A stretch of 60,251 bases of DNA from Halobacteriales archaeon (GCA_022450005.1 JAKURE010000003.1:1-60251); one strand, 5' to 3'; positions 39,220-49,510 are shown, numbered from the stretch's first letter. Numbers and translations: made by a program. The notes: a model not told the origin generated them from the sequence alone.

Positions 39220-41331
39220 TTATCGGCCTTTTAGCAATTTGTAATGGCCAGCAGATGGCTGATATATCTCTCCATTTTCTGACATTTTCTTAATCATGTG
39301 CTCCGTTTGCGTTTCGTCAATTCCTTTTTCTTTTGCACTTTCAATAATATCTAAAATGGGTGCGCCATCCTTTGGATGTTCACCTGTCAATTTTTCTATA
39401 ATTGATCTAATGACCTTCACACGATCAAATTGGTTTCTCGATTTTCCCATCTCAATTACTGTGGCGTCAAAAATCCCAGTTTCTGGATCGATACCTACTT
39501 TTTCGAGGCTAGAACGAACGAGTTTAATAACCCTTTCTGCATCCCCTTTCTCAACAACATCCGAAAGACGAACTCTCGCGCTAGCTTCTGCCAATCTGAC
39601 CAATGCTTCCAATTTACGGGCAGTAACTGGAATTGGACCTCCCACTTCCCTTACCGAACGAAGTCCCACATAAAACTCCTTGATTTCTTTCTGTGCTTCT
39701 TCACTCATAATGGGGAAACAATTCCTCTTTGCATATGCAATATATTTTCTAAATAGATCTGGTTCTATCTCGGGTTTGACCTCCTCAACCACTTGATCCA
39801 TTTCGACTGAATTTTCTCTCCCATTCATTCCATATTTTTCCCTTGTCCCGCGCTCTCCTATGTAATTAGTTTTAATTATATGTTCGGCGATCTTTTTGTC
39901 CAATTCTTCATTTGTCTCATCTAGAATCCTGAATATTAGATCAAACCGGGATATTAACGCAGGCTCGAGATTGATTTGATCCCCGATCGATTCGTAAGAA
40001 TCATACTGTCCGTATTTTGGGTTTGCCGCCCCCAAAAGTGAACATCTACTCTTCAATGTAGCATTAATTCCTGCCTTTGCTATGCTTACAGTCTGCTGTT
40101 CAAGGGCCTCGTGCATCGCGGATCGGTCTTCCACCCGCATTTTATCAATCTCATCTACTGCAGCTATTCCCTTATCTGCTAATACCAGCGCGCCGGCTTC
40201 AAGTGACCATTGCTGTCCTCCCCCAAAATCATCTTTAACCGCCGCTGCGGTTAGACCTGCACTTGAACTTCCCTTCCCAGAGGTGTACACCGAACGGGGT
40301 GCTATATGTCGAATATATTGTAATAATTGCGATTTACCTGTACCTGGATCTCCAACTAATAATATATGCACATTCCCTCGAATTCTTGTACTATCTGGAA
40401 GATGCTTCGTCACTCCTGAAAACAACTGCAGTGCAATTGCCAACTTTTCTTGTTCATATCCGTATATCGATGGAGCAACAGACCCTATCATTTGATCGTA
40501 TATCTCTCCTTTTTTTGAGAGTTCAAGAATAGCTCCTTCGTCTTCTTCTGATATCTCTATATTTTCAAATTCCAAATCCTCTGAGACAATGGAAATGCCT
40601 TCCATGTATACATCAAAAACTCTCAATTTCTCACTGCCTTTTTTCCTCTGTTCAAGTCTCAATGTCCCTGTCGCCACAACCCTATCTCCCGGGCTGACCA
40701 AACCACTTATATCATCTTCTATATGAATCTCTATACTCTGAGGCTGTTCTCCCCCTCTCAACCCTTCTGGGGATTCTTGTATGAGCAATGTTTGCGTATC
40801 TGAAAACGTCGACCTTTTCTCATCAAGCTCAAATGGCCCCTGGCGTTCGCAACCCCCACAAACGATCGGTTCTTGGTACCCTCTAACCTGCGGTACATTT
40901 GTCATAGTTGCACAACGTTGACATTCAAATGCAGCCACATCCACCTTTGGACGGACATTAGTAGATTTTCGTATTAGTCCCTGAACTGCTACAAGAGTAT
41001 TCACATCTTTAGACCTAATCCCTCGTATTTCTGATAATTCTTGTAAGTTGTAAATTCTAATATGGGCTTTCTCTAGCATGTCATCCGTTTGATATCGCAA
41101 ATCCCCTACATTTACCAACGCTTGTTTTGCAGCTTCTCTCACATTATCTGGATGTGTGATGAAATCATCCGCCATATTTGGATCAAATCTGTATAGTTCT
41201 CCCCAATCTATGTTAAACGATCTTTGTTTTTTTGGATAGTTTTCAAGTAAAACTCCAACCTCTTCTTCACAATACACATCTATGAACTCTTCAAAACGCT
41301 CGACTAGTTGGTGATTTATCGCTTGAGACAT
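39220..41331 (-). CDS. mcm: MCM replicative helicase
   Basis: 703 aa. N-terminal Zn motif CQRC...CGGC, Walker A GDPGTGKSQ, Walker B AAVDEIDKM, arginine finger SRFDL and a C-terminal winged helix. The length argues against an intein. Confidence 0.92.
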   Translation of the reverse strand: MSQAINHQLVERFEEFIDVYCEEEVGVLLENYPKKQRSFNIDWGELYRFDPNMADDFITHPDNVREAAKQALVNVGDLRYQTDDMLEKAHIRIYNLQELSEIRGIRSKDVNTLVAVQGLIRKSTNVRPKVDVAAFECQRCATMTNVPQVRGYQEPIVCGGCERQGPFELDEKRSTFSDTQTLLIQESPEGLRGGEQPQSIEIHIEDDISGLVSPGDRVVATGTLRLEQRKKGSEKLRVFDVYMEGISIVSEDLEFENIEISEEDEGAILELSKKGEIYDQMIGSVAPSIYGYEQEKLAIALQLFSGVTKHLPDSTRIRGNVHILLVGDPGTGKSQLLQYIRHIAPRSVYTSGKGSSSAGLTAAAVKDDFGGGQQWSLEAGALVLADKGIAAVDEIDKMRVEDRSAMHEALEQQTVSIAKAGINATLKSRCSLLGAANPKYGQYDSYESIGDQINLEPALISRFDLIFRILDETNEELDKKIAEHIIKTNYIGERGTREKYGMNGRENSVEMDQVVEEVKPEIEPDLFRKYIAYAKRNCFPIMSEEAQKEIKEFYVGLRSVREVGGPIPVTARKLEALVRLAEASARVRLSDVVEKGDAERVIKLVRSSLEKVGIDPETGIFDATVIEMGKSRNQFDRVKVIRSIIEKLTGEHPKDGAPILDIIESAKEKGIDETQTEHMIKKMSENGEIYQPSAGHYKLLKGR

Positions 41332-41436
41332 CTTATGATTAACAATTCTAAACTTATCTCACATAAGTAGCTTTAGCAAGCGTGCGGACTGGAAGTGAAG
41401 GGGGTCAATTGAACCCACTATTAAGAATATTTCTGA

Positions 41437-41509
41437 TGGGACCACCCGGATTTGAACCGGGGTCGCAGCGTCCCAAACGCTGAAGTATACCAGGCTAACC
41501 CATGGTCCC
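41437..41509 (-). tRNA. tRNA-Pro (anticodon TGG)
   Basis: Hand-folded from the reverse complement. Acceptor GGGACCA/TGGTCCC, anticodon stem CAGCG/CGCTG with loop TTTGGGA, T-arm CCCGG-TTCAAAT-CCGGG. Confidence 0.9.
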
Positions 41510-41549
41510 GCCTACCCACATTTTCCCGTGAACACCGTAAAGTTTCCGC

Positions 41550-42272
41550 TTATTCTTTTTGAATTTCTACACTGGATCCTCTCCCGATGTGGATCTCATT
41601 TGCCATATTTACGAAGAGACCATGATCTACCACTCCTGGGATATTTGAAATTTCTTTGCTTAATTCTAATGGGGATTTTATATCTCCAAAATCACAATCA
41701 AGAAGAATATTTCCATTTTCAGTCGAAACTGGGCCATCCTTCCTAATCGAATACCGAAGCTCGGGGTTTCCCCCCATTTTTTTGATCCTAGATGAAACAA
41801 TAGTCCTTGAAGAAAATATCACTTCGACTGGAACTGCTTTATTCAAAACCTCTGATACCTTGGTGGAATCCACCGCAACTATGAATTTCTCCGCAGCAGA
41901 AGCCACAATTTTCTCTCTTGTATGGGCAGCCCCCCCTCCTTTAACCAAATCAAAACCAGCAACTTGATCTGCCCCATCAATAGCTATGTCAATTCGATCC
42001 ACTTCTGATAATCTCAGTAGTGGGATTCCAACCCCTTCTGCCAACTGACTAGATTGAAAGGATGTTGATACTCCTTGAATATCTAATCCTTGTTCTATAG
42101 CTTTACCAAGTGTTTGTATGGCATACAATGCTGTGCTACCTGTTCCAAGACCTACGATATCCCCTTCCGAGACCAGAGAAGCCGCACTCTCTCCTGCTAA
42201 TCTTTTTTCCTCTTCCGATCCACTAGTCGATTTGGTAAAAATATCTCTAGTTGGATCATAGGTATATCTCAT
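41550..42272 (-). CDS. rpiA: Ribose-5-phosphate isomerase A
   Basis: 240 aa. GLGTGST, DGADQV and KGGGAAHTREK motifs. Confidence 0.88.
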   Translation of the reverse strand: MRYTYDPTRDIFTKSTSGSEEEKRLAGESAASLVSEGDIVGLGTGSTALYAIQTLGKAIEQGLDIQGVSTSFQSSQLAEGVGIPLLRLSEVDRIDIAIDGADQVAGFDLVKGGGAAHTREKIVASAAEKFIVAVDSTKVSEVLNKAVPVEVIFSSRTIVSSRIKKMGGNPELRYSIRKDGPVSTENGNILLDCDFGDIKSPLELSKEISNIPGVVDHGLFVNMANEIHIGRGSSVEIQKE

Positions 42273-42275
42273 GTC

Positions 42276-43460
42276 TTATGATTTTACGGAATACCTGTCA
42301 AGATAAACCTTTACCGCGTCCGGTTTATACAAAAGTTCTATTTCTCTAGATCTCCCCCTTCCTTCTATTGGTTTGTACGCAGCTGTTATTATTCCAACTT
42401 CCTCGAGCTTGTTTACTATCTCTGAGTATCTAGTATATCCCAATCCCGTCTGTTCATGGAACACCTCATAGACGTCACCAGCCCTTTCACCTGAGTAATC
42501 CACCAAAACATGAAGCAGTCCCCTTTCCGAATCTGTTAGATTCCGAATACTCCTCGATAGATGCACATACTTTGCAGATTCATACGCTTTGTCTATATCT
42601 TCAATAATAATCTCTCGCGCTGCACGCATTTCCGCATTAAGACCCGCACGCCTTAATAAATCTATGCCAACTCTCAAATCCCCTTTTTCTGCGGTCAGTG
42701 TTGCAGCGTGGTTCAGCACCTTTTCCGAAACAACATCTTCATAAAATCCCCTCTTAACTCTAGTTTCAAGAATATCTATAATTTCTGAAAAACCATACGG
42801 AGGGAAATAAACTTCTTCAGGACGAAATACACTTTGAACACGAGAATCGAGTCTAGATATTGCCTCTAAAGCAGGGTCCGAAGATATAATTATCACCCCA
42901 ATACGAGCACCCTGTTGTACCTCATGCGCACGCAACAATGAATATAATGTGTCCGATGCTTCCTTTTCATAAAACAAATAATTCACATCATCCAGTGCCA
43001 CTATCAGTGTCTCATCACTTTCCACTATGCGCTCTGTAACTTGCCTAAATAACTTCTTAAACGAAATCCCACTAGATGGCGGCTCATACGAAAACACCGA
43101 TTCAAACAATCGTGAAAAAACAGAATAACGCGTAGAATCAACTTGACAATTAATTTGAACCGTCTTTATTTTTGGATAAAGTTCCAATTCATCAAATAAA
43201 AATTTAATAGCTGTTGTTTTCCCCGTGCCAGGCGGACCCTGGGCATATACGCTCAATGGTCGTGATTTTCTAATCGCTGGACGCAATGCGAACGTAAAAG
43301 TATTCATCTGGCTTTCCCGATGAACAAACTTTTCTGGCATGTGGTCTACTTCAAATATCTGCTCATCTCTAAAAACCGATTCATCCCATGACAACATATC
43401 TCTCGAAGCGCTGTCTTTCATCACTTTCACTTCACTCTTGTGGCTATTTAACCTTTGCAT
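42276..43460 (-). CDS. Orc1/Cdc6 paralog (no adjacent origin detected)
   Basis: 394 aa. Walker A GPPGTGKTT, Walker B ALDDVN and a C-terminal winged-helix region. Confidence 0.85.
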   Translation of the reverse strand: MQRLNSHKSEVKVMKDSASRDMLSWDESVFRDEQIFEVDHMPEKFVHRESQMNTFTFALRPAIRKSRPLSVYAQGPPGTGKTTAIKFLFDELELYPKIKTVQINCQVDSTRYSVFSRLFESVFSYEPPSSGISFKKLFRQVTERIVESDETLIVALDDVNYLFYEKEASDTLYSLLRAHEVQQGARIGVIIISSDPALEAISRLDSRVQSVFRPEEVYFPPYGFSEIIDILETRVKRGFYEDVVSEKVLNHAATLTAEKGDLRVGIDLLRRAGLNAEMRAAREIIIEDIDKAYESAKYVHLSRSIRNLTDSERGLLHVLVDYSGERAGDVYEVFHEQTGLGYTRYSEIVNKLEEVGIITAAYKPIEGRGRSREIELLYKPDAVKVYLDRYSVKS

Positions 43461-43582
43461 CTATTTGCAAACTTACCCCCTCTAACCCCTAATCATCCCT
43501 TTCCAATTTTATCTCTATTCAGACCTCCCTCGGCAGAAATGCATGACAATGAATTTTTACACCATCCCTCTGATTTAATACT

Positions 43583-44407
43583 ATGCAGACAAAGCTGATT
43601 GAAAAAAAGATTAATTCAATTCAAGCAGCACTAATTCCAAAAAACCGTGTTTTAGTTTCTTTTTCTGGCGGTGTGGATTCTAGTGTAGTCGCCGCAATTG
43701 CTCACGAGGCACTGGGAAAAAACGCAATAGCATGCACCGCAAAAAGCGAAACTCTACCCGAATCCGAACTTTTAGATTCTATTAGCATCGCCGAAGAAAT
43801 CGGAATCCAACATGAGATAGTCAATTTCTCCGAACTTGATAATCCTGATTTTGTCGCAAATGACACCTTTAGATGTTATCATTGTCAACACATGCGATTT
43901 GAAAAAATGTATGAATTTGCTAGGAAAATGAACATAACCACAGTGTGTGATGGGACCAATGCTTCAGATCTAAATGCAACACACAGACCCGGACTGCGCG
44001 CAATAAAAGAACTCCAAGTTTTCTCTCCCCTTCTTGAATTCAATGTGACAAAAGAAGGCGTTCGTGATATAGCTCGTTTTTATAATTTATCAGTGGCAGA
44101 AAAACCAGCAATGGCATGTCTCTCTTCTCGAATTCCAACCGGAATTTCAGTCACTTCTGAGCGATTAGCACGTATAGAACAAGCAGAATCAATTATATCC
44201 ACTCTAGGGTTTTCACAAGTCCGTGTGAGAGATCACGACGGAATCGCCCGAATTGAAGTTGGGCAACACGAACTAGATCGTCTACAAGATCCAATTTTAA
44301 CAAAAAAAGCCGAAGAGTCTCTACTAACCATAGGGTTCAATCAGGTCATTATCGACCCATCTGGATATAGGACCGGGGGGGCAAACCCACTCTCCACAAA
44401 AAAATAA
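43583..44407 (+). CDS. larE: PP-loop ATP pyrophosphatase, LarE-like sulfur transferase family
   Basis: 274 aa. PP-loop SFSGGVDSS and conserved CLSSRIP. Confidence 0.7.
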   Translation: MQTKLIEKKINSIQAALIPKNRVLVSFSGGVDSSVVAAIAHEALGKNAIACTAKSETLPESELLDSISIAEEIGIQHEIVNFSELDNPDFVANDTFRCYHCQHMRFEKMYEFARKMNITTVCDGTNASDLNATHRPGLRAIKELQVFSPLLEFNVTKEGVRDIARFYNLSVAEKPAMACLSSRIPTGISVTSERLARIEQAESIISTLGFSQVRVRDHDGIARIEVGQHELDRLQDPILTKKAEESLLTIGFNQVIIDPSGYRTGGANPLSTKK

Positions 44408-44464
44408 TATCTATCAACGTTCAGTAGAAACCTTTTTTTTCCAACCGTATAGTTTCTAAGGTGC

Positions 44465-44539
44465 AGCGCGATAGGATAGCCAGGATATTCCGCCGGGCTC
44501 ATAACCCGGAGATCGGTGATTCAAATTCACCTCGCGCTA
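44465..44539 (+). tRNA. Initiator tRNA-Met (anticodon CAT)
   Basis: Hand-folded. Acceptor AGCGCGA/TCGCGCT with an A1:U72 pair, anticodon stem ending in three G:C pairs (GGG-CTCATAA-CCC), T-arm GGTGA-TTCAAAT-TCACC. These are the archaeal initiator hallmarks. Confidence 0.88.
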
Positions 44540-44551
44540 TGCGTACTGGAT

Positions 44552-45490
44552 CTATTCTTTTCCAGCCCATTTTGCTATTAAAAGCGTTCCTTCAAACAAT
44601 CCTACCATTGTCAAAGTTACAATCAAAGGGGCCATTCCCGTTGGATCTGGGCTGAAAATAAAAGAAAGTCCCAAAAACCCTCCCCAAAATAAAATTCTTC
44701 TTTTTACTAACCATTTCCTAGTCACAATTCTCATCAGCAAAGCAAGCATCACGAAAATGGGTATTTGGAATACAATCGCTAGGTATCCCATTAATACTAA
44801 TATGAGATTAAACGTCTGCCCTAACCCAAACCCAATTGTCGCTATACTTTCAGAATAGTATAAAAAATATGTAAAAATGACAGGTAATATGATGAAATAT
44901 GCAAAACTAACACCAACTAGTGCCAGCACCAAACTCGTTGGTATGGCTGCCAAATAATACCGGCGCTCATGCTCGTAGAGCCCCGGACGCATGAATACAT
45001 ATGTTTGCCATACTCCAATGGGCAATGCAATTATTAACCCAACCAAGCTAGCCACTTTAAATTCTGTGAATTTAAGTTCCAATATTCCGTATAACCTAGG
45101 TCTCGTAACATCACTTACTGGAAGTATTGAGTCCCATAGAAAGTTAATCGCCACATCTGCAAAAGGAAATGTAATGACACTGACCAATCCTGCAACCCCC
45201 ACTACTACTGCCAATCTTTTTATTAATTCCCCTATGTGATCTACTATCGGCAACTCTCTGTCATCCTTCGGTCCCTTTTTCCCACCGATGAAATCCCCCC
45301 GTGTACTATCTTTTTGTACCATTTCCTGAACCGTTTCTTTAATTTTCCCGGCAAGGTTTTCACTGATCCCTGAAACTGAAGCAAGATCACTCTTCCCTGC
45401 AGCTTGAAGTGCCTCAATAGTACCAAAACCAGCCTCTTCAAGTGCTTGGGCTTTAATTTCTCCAACACCAGGTATGTCTATCAATTTCAT
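44552..45490 (-). CDS. tatC: Twin-arginine translocase TatC (TatCo-like) with N-terminal (HhH)2 extension
   Basis: 312 aa. The TatC core starts near IVDHIGELIKRL and has 6 TM helices. The first ~60 aa carry two helix-hairpin-helix motifs (IDIPGVGEIKAQAL, LASVSGISENLAGKI). Confidence 0.8.
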   Translation of the reverse strand: MKLIDIPGVGEIKAQALEEAGFGTIEALQAAGKSDLASVSGISENLAGKIKETVQEMVQKDSTRGDFIGGKKGPKDDRELPIVDHIGELIKRLAVVVGVAGLVSVITFPFADVAINFLWDSILPVSDVTRPRLYGILELKFTEFKVASLVGLIIALPIGVWQTYVFMRPGLYEHERRYYLAAIPTSLVLALVGVSFAYFIILPVIFTYFLYYSESIATIGFGLGQTFNLILVLMGYLAIVFQIPIFVMLALLMRIVTRKWLVKRRILFWGGFLGLSFIFSPDPTGMAPLIVTLTMVGLFEGTLLIAKWAGKE

Positions 45491-45606
45491 TTTACTAAAG
45501 GGACTTTCCCATCCACACGATCCTTAAGCGAGGTAACTGGTATAGATCTTTTTGTAGAGATTCATACCGATAAGGTTCTCCTCAAGAAAGAAAATATCAC
45601 AATAAG

Positions 45607-47784
45607 ATGAGTGTCAGCGACTTCTTAAATCCTGATGCACGCAAAACATTCGATAAAGGTAGAAAAACAGCATCAGACATGCTGACCGCCGCAAGATCGA
45701 AACTACGCCATGTGTTCCTCGTTTTCGTTGTTGTCCTATTGGCTACCATCTATGCCATGCGTTTATGGATCTGGCCTAGTTTAAAACAAGATTTACTCTC
45801 CCGTGGCGCCGATGTTATTGTACTAACACCTTTTGATGTTATCTTGCTGCAAGCTAAAATTGGTATCCTTGTCGGTATCATCTTCTGTATACCTTTTTTC
45901 TTGTATTACTCTCGGGACGCACTCAAAGAGCGCGGAATCTATCCTAAAACGGACATACCCCTCTGGAAATTAGTTGGAATGGGGTTACTTTCCACATTCC
46001 TCTTTTTTGGAGGTATTGCATACTCTTATCAAATTTTTTTCCCATTAATGTTTGATTTTTTGGCTTATAATGCAGTCAGTGCAGGCCTCTCCCCAACATA
46101 TTCCATTGTAGAATGGACACAATTCATTTTCGTTCTTGGATTCGCGTTTGGTCTCGCGGCGCAGTTACCCCTGGTTATGACAACATTATCCTATACTGAA
46201 CTTGTTCCATACGAAACGTTCAGGGATAAGTGGAAATACGCAGTTTTAGGAATGTTTGCATTCGGAGCTATATTTTCACCACCCGATCCATTTACTCAAA
46301 TTTTATGGGCTGCACCTCTAGTTGTTTTATATGGATTTAGTTTGTACTTATCCAAAATAGCCGTCTCATTTCGTAGAGGAAAAGATAGTATTGATATAAC
46401 CAAAACTGCACGTAAAAAATCTACAATCATTATAGTCACAATAATGATAACCAGTGCTGTTAGCTATTGGTTATCTACCATTGGAGTAACTCAAATTCTA
46501 ATTTTGGTAGGCTCACTCCAAAATTATATTACTAGCACGCCTTCAAATCTTCTTAATCAATCTTGGCAAGTAACTATAGTCCCGCCTGTTGCATTCGCAC
46601 TATTAATCGGTTTTGTGTCTGGACTCTTAGTACTACTATATCACTCTATACCTGAATTAGAGCCTAGAGCTGTCTTCGGTGACCCTACTGCAATTGATCT
46701 AGAATCTCTCGACGTTGAAGGTCTCCAAATGGCCCCTCCTGAAGCCCTCCTTCAATTAACAGAAGAAAAAGGACTCGCCATGGCATCCCGGGCAATTGAA
46801 GCGGGGGATGCAGAAAGAGCCCAAGCCATCCTACGAGCAGTCGACTCTGCCAATCAAATGCGTGCTGTAGATATGTTATACCATTTTGATGAAGAAGAAT
46901 GGAGCCGAATGCAAAAAGAAAGATTAGAACAAAAAAGAAAAAGAAAGTTCGAAGGATCTTTCAAACGAGCAACAGCTGGGATTGTAAGTTCAGTCTCAGA
47001 AAAAGAAGTTGGGGAAGAAGACATAGGTGGATATGCCTACGATATCGCATTCTTATTTGATACCTTACGATCTAAAACTTTCAGAATTTTTGGAGTATTC
47101 ATAACAGTCTTGGTAAGTGTTTTTACATTCCTCTATACGGGGGGAATAGGACAATTGAAAAACGATTTTATCCGACGTCTCCCTGATATAGTCCGTCCAG
47201 AAGAAGTTAGTATAATAACTCTCCACCCAGTAGAAGCACTCATTTTTGAAATTAAAATCGCGACCCTATTGGGTCTTGTTGCAACATTACCCTGCATCCT
47301 CTATTATCTATGGCCCGCCCTCAAAAAACGCGGTATAATCAAAGGCGATCGGAATGTAGCATTCAGTTGGGCTGGGGCCATATCCCTCGGGCTTCTTTTT
47401 GGCAGTGCATTGGGGTATCTTTACGTTGCCCCCGCTTTCGTTTCATATTTTGTATATGATGGGATCCGGGCAAACATGCTTGTAACTTACCGGGTATCTA
47501 ATTTCTTTTGGCTCATTTTCTTTTGCACCATTGGAATTGGACTTTGGATAGATATCATTGTAACAATGATAATGTTCCATAGAGCAAGAATAGTTTCCTA
47601 CACCACCATGTACAAAAACTGGCGTGCCGTGACTGTTGGAACCCTAGTCCTTTCTGCCGTATTCACTCCCCCTAGTGTCATAACAATGGTTCTAGTCACG
47701 TTTCCTATTATGATCGCGTATGGAATTGGGCTATCTATATTGTGGATATATGCTAAAATAAAACCATTTGAAGTTCCTACATAG
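45607..47784 (+). CDS. tatC: Duplicated TatC (TatCt-like, about 14 TM)
   Basis: 725 aa. Two TatC-like membrane halves are joined by a hydrophilic linker (about residues 340-470). Divergent from the other tatC, as in haloarchaea. Confidence 0.8.
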   Translation: MSVSDFLNPDARKTFDKGRKTASDMLTAARSKLRHVFLVFVVVLLATIYAMRLWIWPSLKQDLLSRGADVIVLTPFDVILLQAKIGILVGIIFCIPFFLYYSRDALKERGIYPKTDIPLWKLVGMGLLSTFLFFGGIAYSYQIFFPLMFDFLAYNAVSAGLSPTYSIVEWTQFIFVLGFAFGLAAQLPLVMTTLSYTELVPYETFRDKWKYAVLGMFAFGAIFSPPDPFTQILWAAPLVVLYGFSLYLSKIAVSFRRGKDSIDITKTARKKSTIIIVTIMITSAVSYWLSTIGVTQILILVGSLQNYITSTPSNLLNQSWQVTIVPPVAFALLIGFVSGLLVLLYHSIPELEPRAVFGDPTAIDLESLDVEGLQMAPPEALLQLTEEKGLAMASRAIEAGDAERAQAILRAVDSANQMRAVDMLYHFDEEEWSRMQKERLEQKRKRKFEGSFKRATAGIVSSVSEKEVGEEDIGGYAYDIAFLFDTLRSKTFRIFGVFITVLVSVFTFLYTGGIGQLKNDFIRRLPDIVRPEEVSIITLHPVEALIFEIKIATLLGLVATLPCILYYLWPALKKRGIIKGDRNVAFSWAGAISLGLLFGSALGYLYVAPAFVSYFVYDGIRANMLVTYRVSNFFWLIFFCTIGIGLWIDIIVTMIMFHRARIVSYTTMYKNWRAVTVGTLVLSAVFTPPSVITMVLVTFPIMIAYGIGLSILWIYAKIKPFEVPT

Positions 47785-47832
47785 CTGTCTAATATCCCTT
47801 TATTTTAATACTCAAACCACTCTAAAAACAAT

Positions 47833-48546
47833 ATGCCAACTCAAAATTCAACTACTCTCTCTTCAAAAATCCTCAACGAAGAAACCATCCGAATAGGGTT
47901 GATAGCTCTATTTATAACTGGTCTCTTAACAGCACAGCTTACAGCGGTAAAAATTCTAGAATTATCTCCCCTGAATCTTGGAATATCAGTCATTGTCCCC
48001 GCAGGAGTACTAGCTTATGCAATCACCTTTTTCGCATCCGATTGTTACGCCGAATTATATGGAAAACAAGCAGCAAGGACAGTCGTTTCTATAGCATTTA
48101 TAATGAATATTGTAATGCTTGTTCTTATTTGGATATCTATCAATGCCCCTGGATCTGAAGCAGGGGTTTCCCCTGAACTATTTGCCACTGTATTGGGCCC
48201 CTCTGCAAATGTAGTCATAGCCAGTTTAACTGCCTATCTGGTTAGCCAAAATCTGGATATTTTGATATTCGATACCATCCGTGAGAAGACCAATGGTAGT
48301 AAACTTTGGTTGAGAAATATAGGCTCCACCACAATTAGCCAACTTGTAGATACCATTCTATTTATCACTTTGACATTTTCAATTCTCCCCTCTATTGTTG
48401 GGATAGGAATTGGACTGCCACTATCTGTTATCGTACAACTCATATTGGGTCAATACCTCGTCAAACTATTAATCGCCCTCGCAGATACTCCTTTGATTTA
48501 TGCTTTCTTTTCCTACTTAAAAAAAGAAAATTTGATACCTAGTTAA
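47833..48546 (+). CDS. YhhQ/VUT-family queuosine-precursor transporter
   Basis: 237 aa, about 6 TM. FFASDCYAELYGKQAAR and TISQLVDT motifs typical of the DUF165/YhhQ family. Confidence 0.7.
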   Translation: MPTQNSTTLSSKILNEETIRIGLIALFITGLLTAQLTAVKILELSPLNLGISVIVPAGVLAYAITFFASDCYAELYGKQAARTVVSIAFIMNIVMLVLIWISINAPGSEAGVSPELFATVLGPSANVVIASLTAYLVSQNLDILIFDTIREKTNGSKLWLRNIGSTTISQLVDTILFITLTFSILPSIVGIGIGLPLSVIVQLILGQYLVKLLIALADTPLIYAFFSYLKKENLIPS

Positions 48547-49361
48547 TCTTCTCTCTTTACTTCACTCACACAACTTCCAAATCCAAATTTTAGTCTCACT
48601 TCCTCTATTTTTATCTTCCACAATTCTCCCATTTTAGACCCAGGAACAAAGACATTATATCCCTCTATATTTGCCATTCCATCTCCTCTTTTCCCCACCC
48701 CTACTATTTCAACCACTACCTCTTCTCCAACTTTAACTGGGGCTGTCAATTTTCCTTTACAAATTATATACACTTCTGCAGATTCTTTTCGGGAAGCACG
48801 TGGGTTAAAAACTTTTACAGTTTCAAACTCTTGATTCAGGTCTCGGAGAAATTTCTCAATGTCTGTTCCGTAGAATGCCTTGACAACAAAATTTCCCCCA
48901 TGGCAAAGAATTTCTAAAGCACACCCAAGGGCCTCTCTCCCTAGATAAATAGATCTAGCTTGATCCAACGAATATTCCCCTGTTATATTCGGTGCCAAAT
49001 CAGACAAAACAACATCTATCGGACCACCATTTCCCAATTTTTTGTCCCCTTTTTTCTTCTTTTTTCCTTCAACAATTGATTTAATTTTTTCTTTTGTTTT
49101 TCCTTTTGTTATGTCTCCTCTTATTGTGATCACTTCTTCTAACGGTTCTATTTTCTGTAGATCCACACCAATCACAACCCCCGATTTAGATAGTTCTCTC
49201 GCAACTTGTAACCATCCACCTGGGGCAGCACCTATATCCACAACAGAATCATTTATTTTGATAATCTTGTGGACTTCATTTATCTGTTTAAGTTTATACG
49301 ATGCCCGCGACCGATACCCCTCGACCTTTGCCTTGTTGTAGTAGAAATCTTTTCGGGGCAT
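48543..49361 (-). CDS. rlmE: 23S rRNA U2552 2'-O-methyltransferase RlmE/FtsJ fused to a C-terminal TRAM domain
   Basis: 272 aa. SRASYKL, SAM motif DIGAAPGGW, DLAPN and a C-terminal beta-rich TRAM-like tail (GDGMANIEGYNVFVPG). Contains a Lys-rich insert, KKKKKGDKK. Confidence 0.85.
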   Translation of the reverse strand: MPRKDFYYNKAKVEGYRSRASYKLKQINEVHKIIKINDSVVDIGAAPGGWLQVARELSKSGVVIGVDLQKIEPLEEVITIRGDITKGKTKEKIKSIVEGKKKKKGDKKLGNGGPIDVVLSDLAPNITGEYSLDQARSIYLGREALGCALEILCHGGNFVVKAFYGTDIEKFLRDLNQEFETVKVFNPRASRKESAEVYIICKGKLTAPVKVGEEVVVEIVGVGKRGDGMANIEGYNVFVPGSKMGELWKIKIEEVRLKFGFGSCVSEVKRED

Positions 49362-49510
49362 TATATATTAACTAGACAACTCATGTTGATACAATCTTCG
49401 CTCAACAATCATCACATAGCGATCTATAAAAACCATCTAAAATCACCCTATAATCTCCCCCCCTCGGAACAGATGTCTTTTTATCCCGCCTATTCTTACC
49501 GAGTTCAATA

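Noticed and set aside
41388-41404. ORB-half-like ACTGGAAGTGAAGGGGG between mcm and tRNA-Pro
   Set aside because: It resembles only the right half of ORB 2. It is a single copy with no left dyad arm and no adjacent unwinding element, so it is probably a chance match or part of the mcm promoter.
39220-41509. MCM next to tRNA-Pro as a possible integrated element carrying its own helicase
   Set aside because: I saw no integrase, no viral or plasmid genes, and no duplicated tRNA 3' segment nearby. The MCM is full-length and canonical, and it is the only copy in the window.
41528-41746. 72-aa plus-strand ORF next to tRNA-Pro, and the similar 64-aa ORF at 44461-44655
   Set aside because: The first is antisense to rpiA. 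The second is built on the initiator tRNA sequence and the antisense of tatC. Neither has a recognisable motif, so I treat them as artefacts of the ORF track.
43461-43582. Second replication origin upstream of the second orc1/cdc6
   Set aside because: The region is only 122 bp, is not markedly AT-rich, and has no TTCCA..GGAA dyad with a G-string. Only vague C-runs are present.
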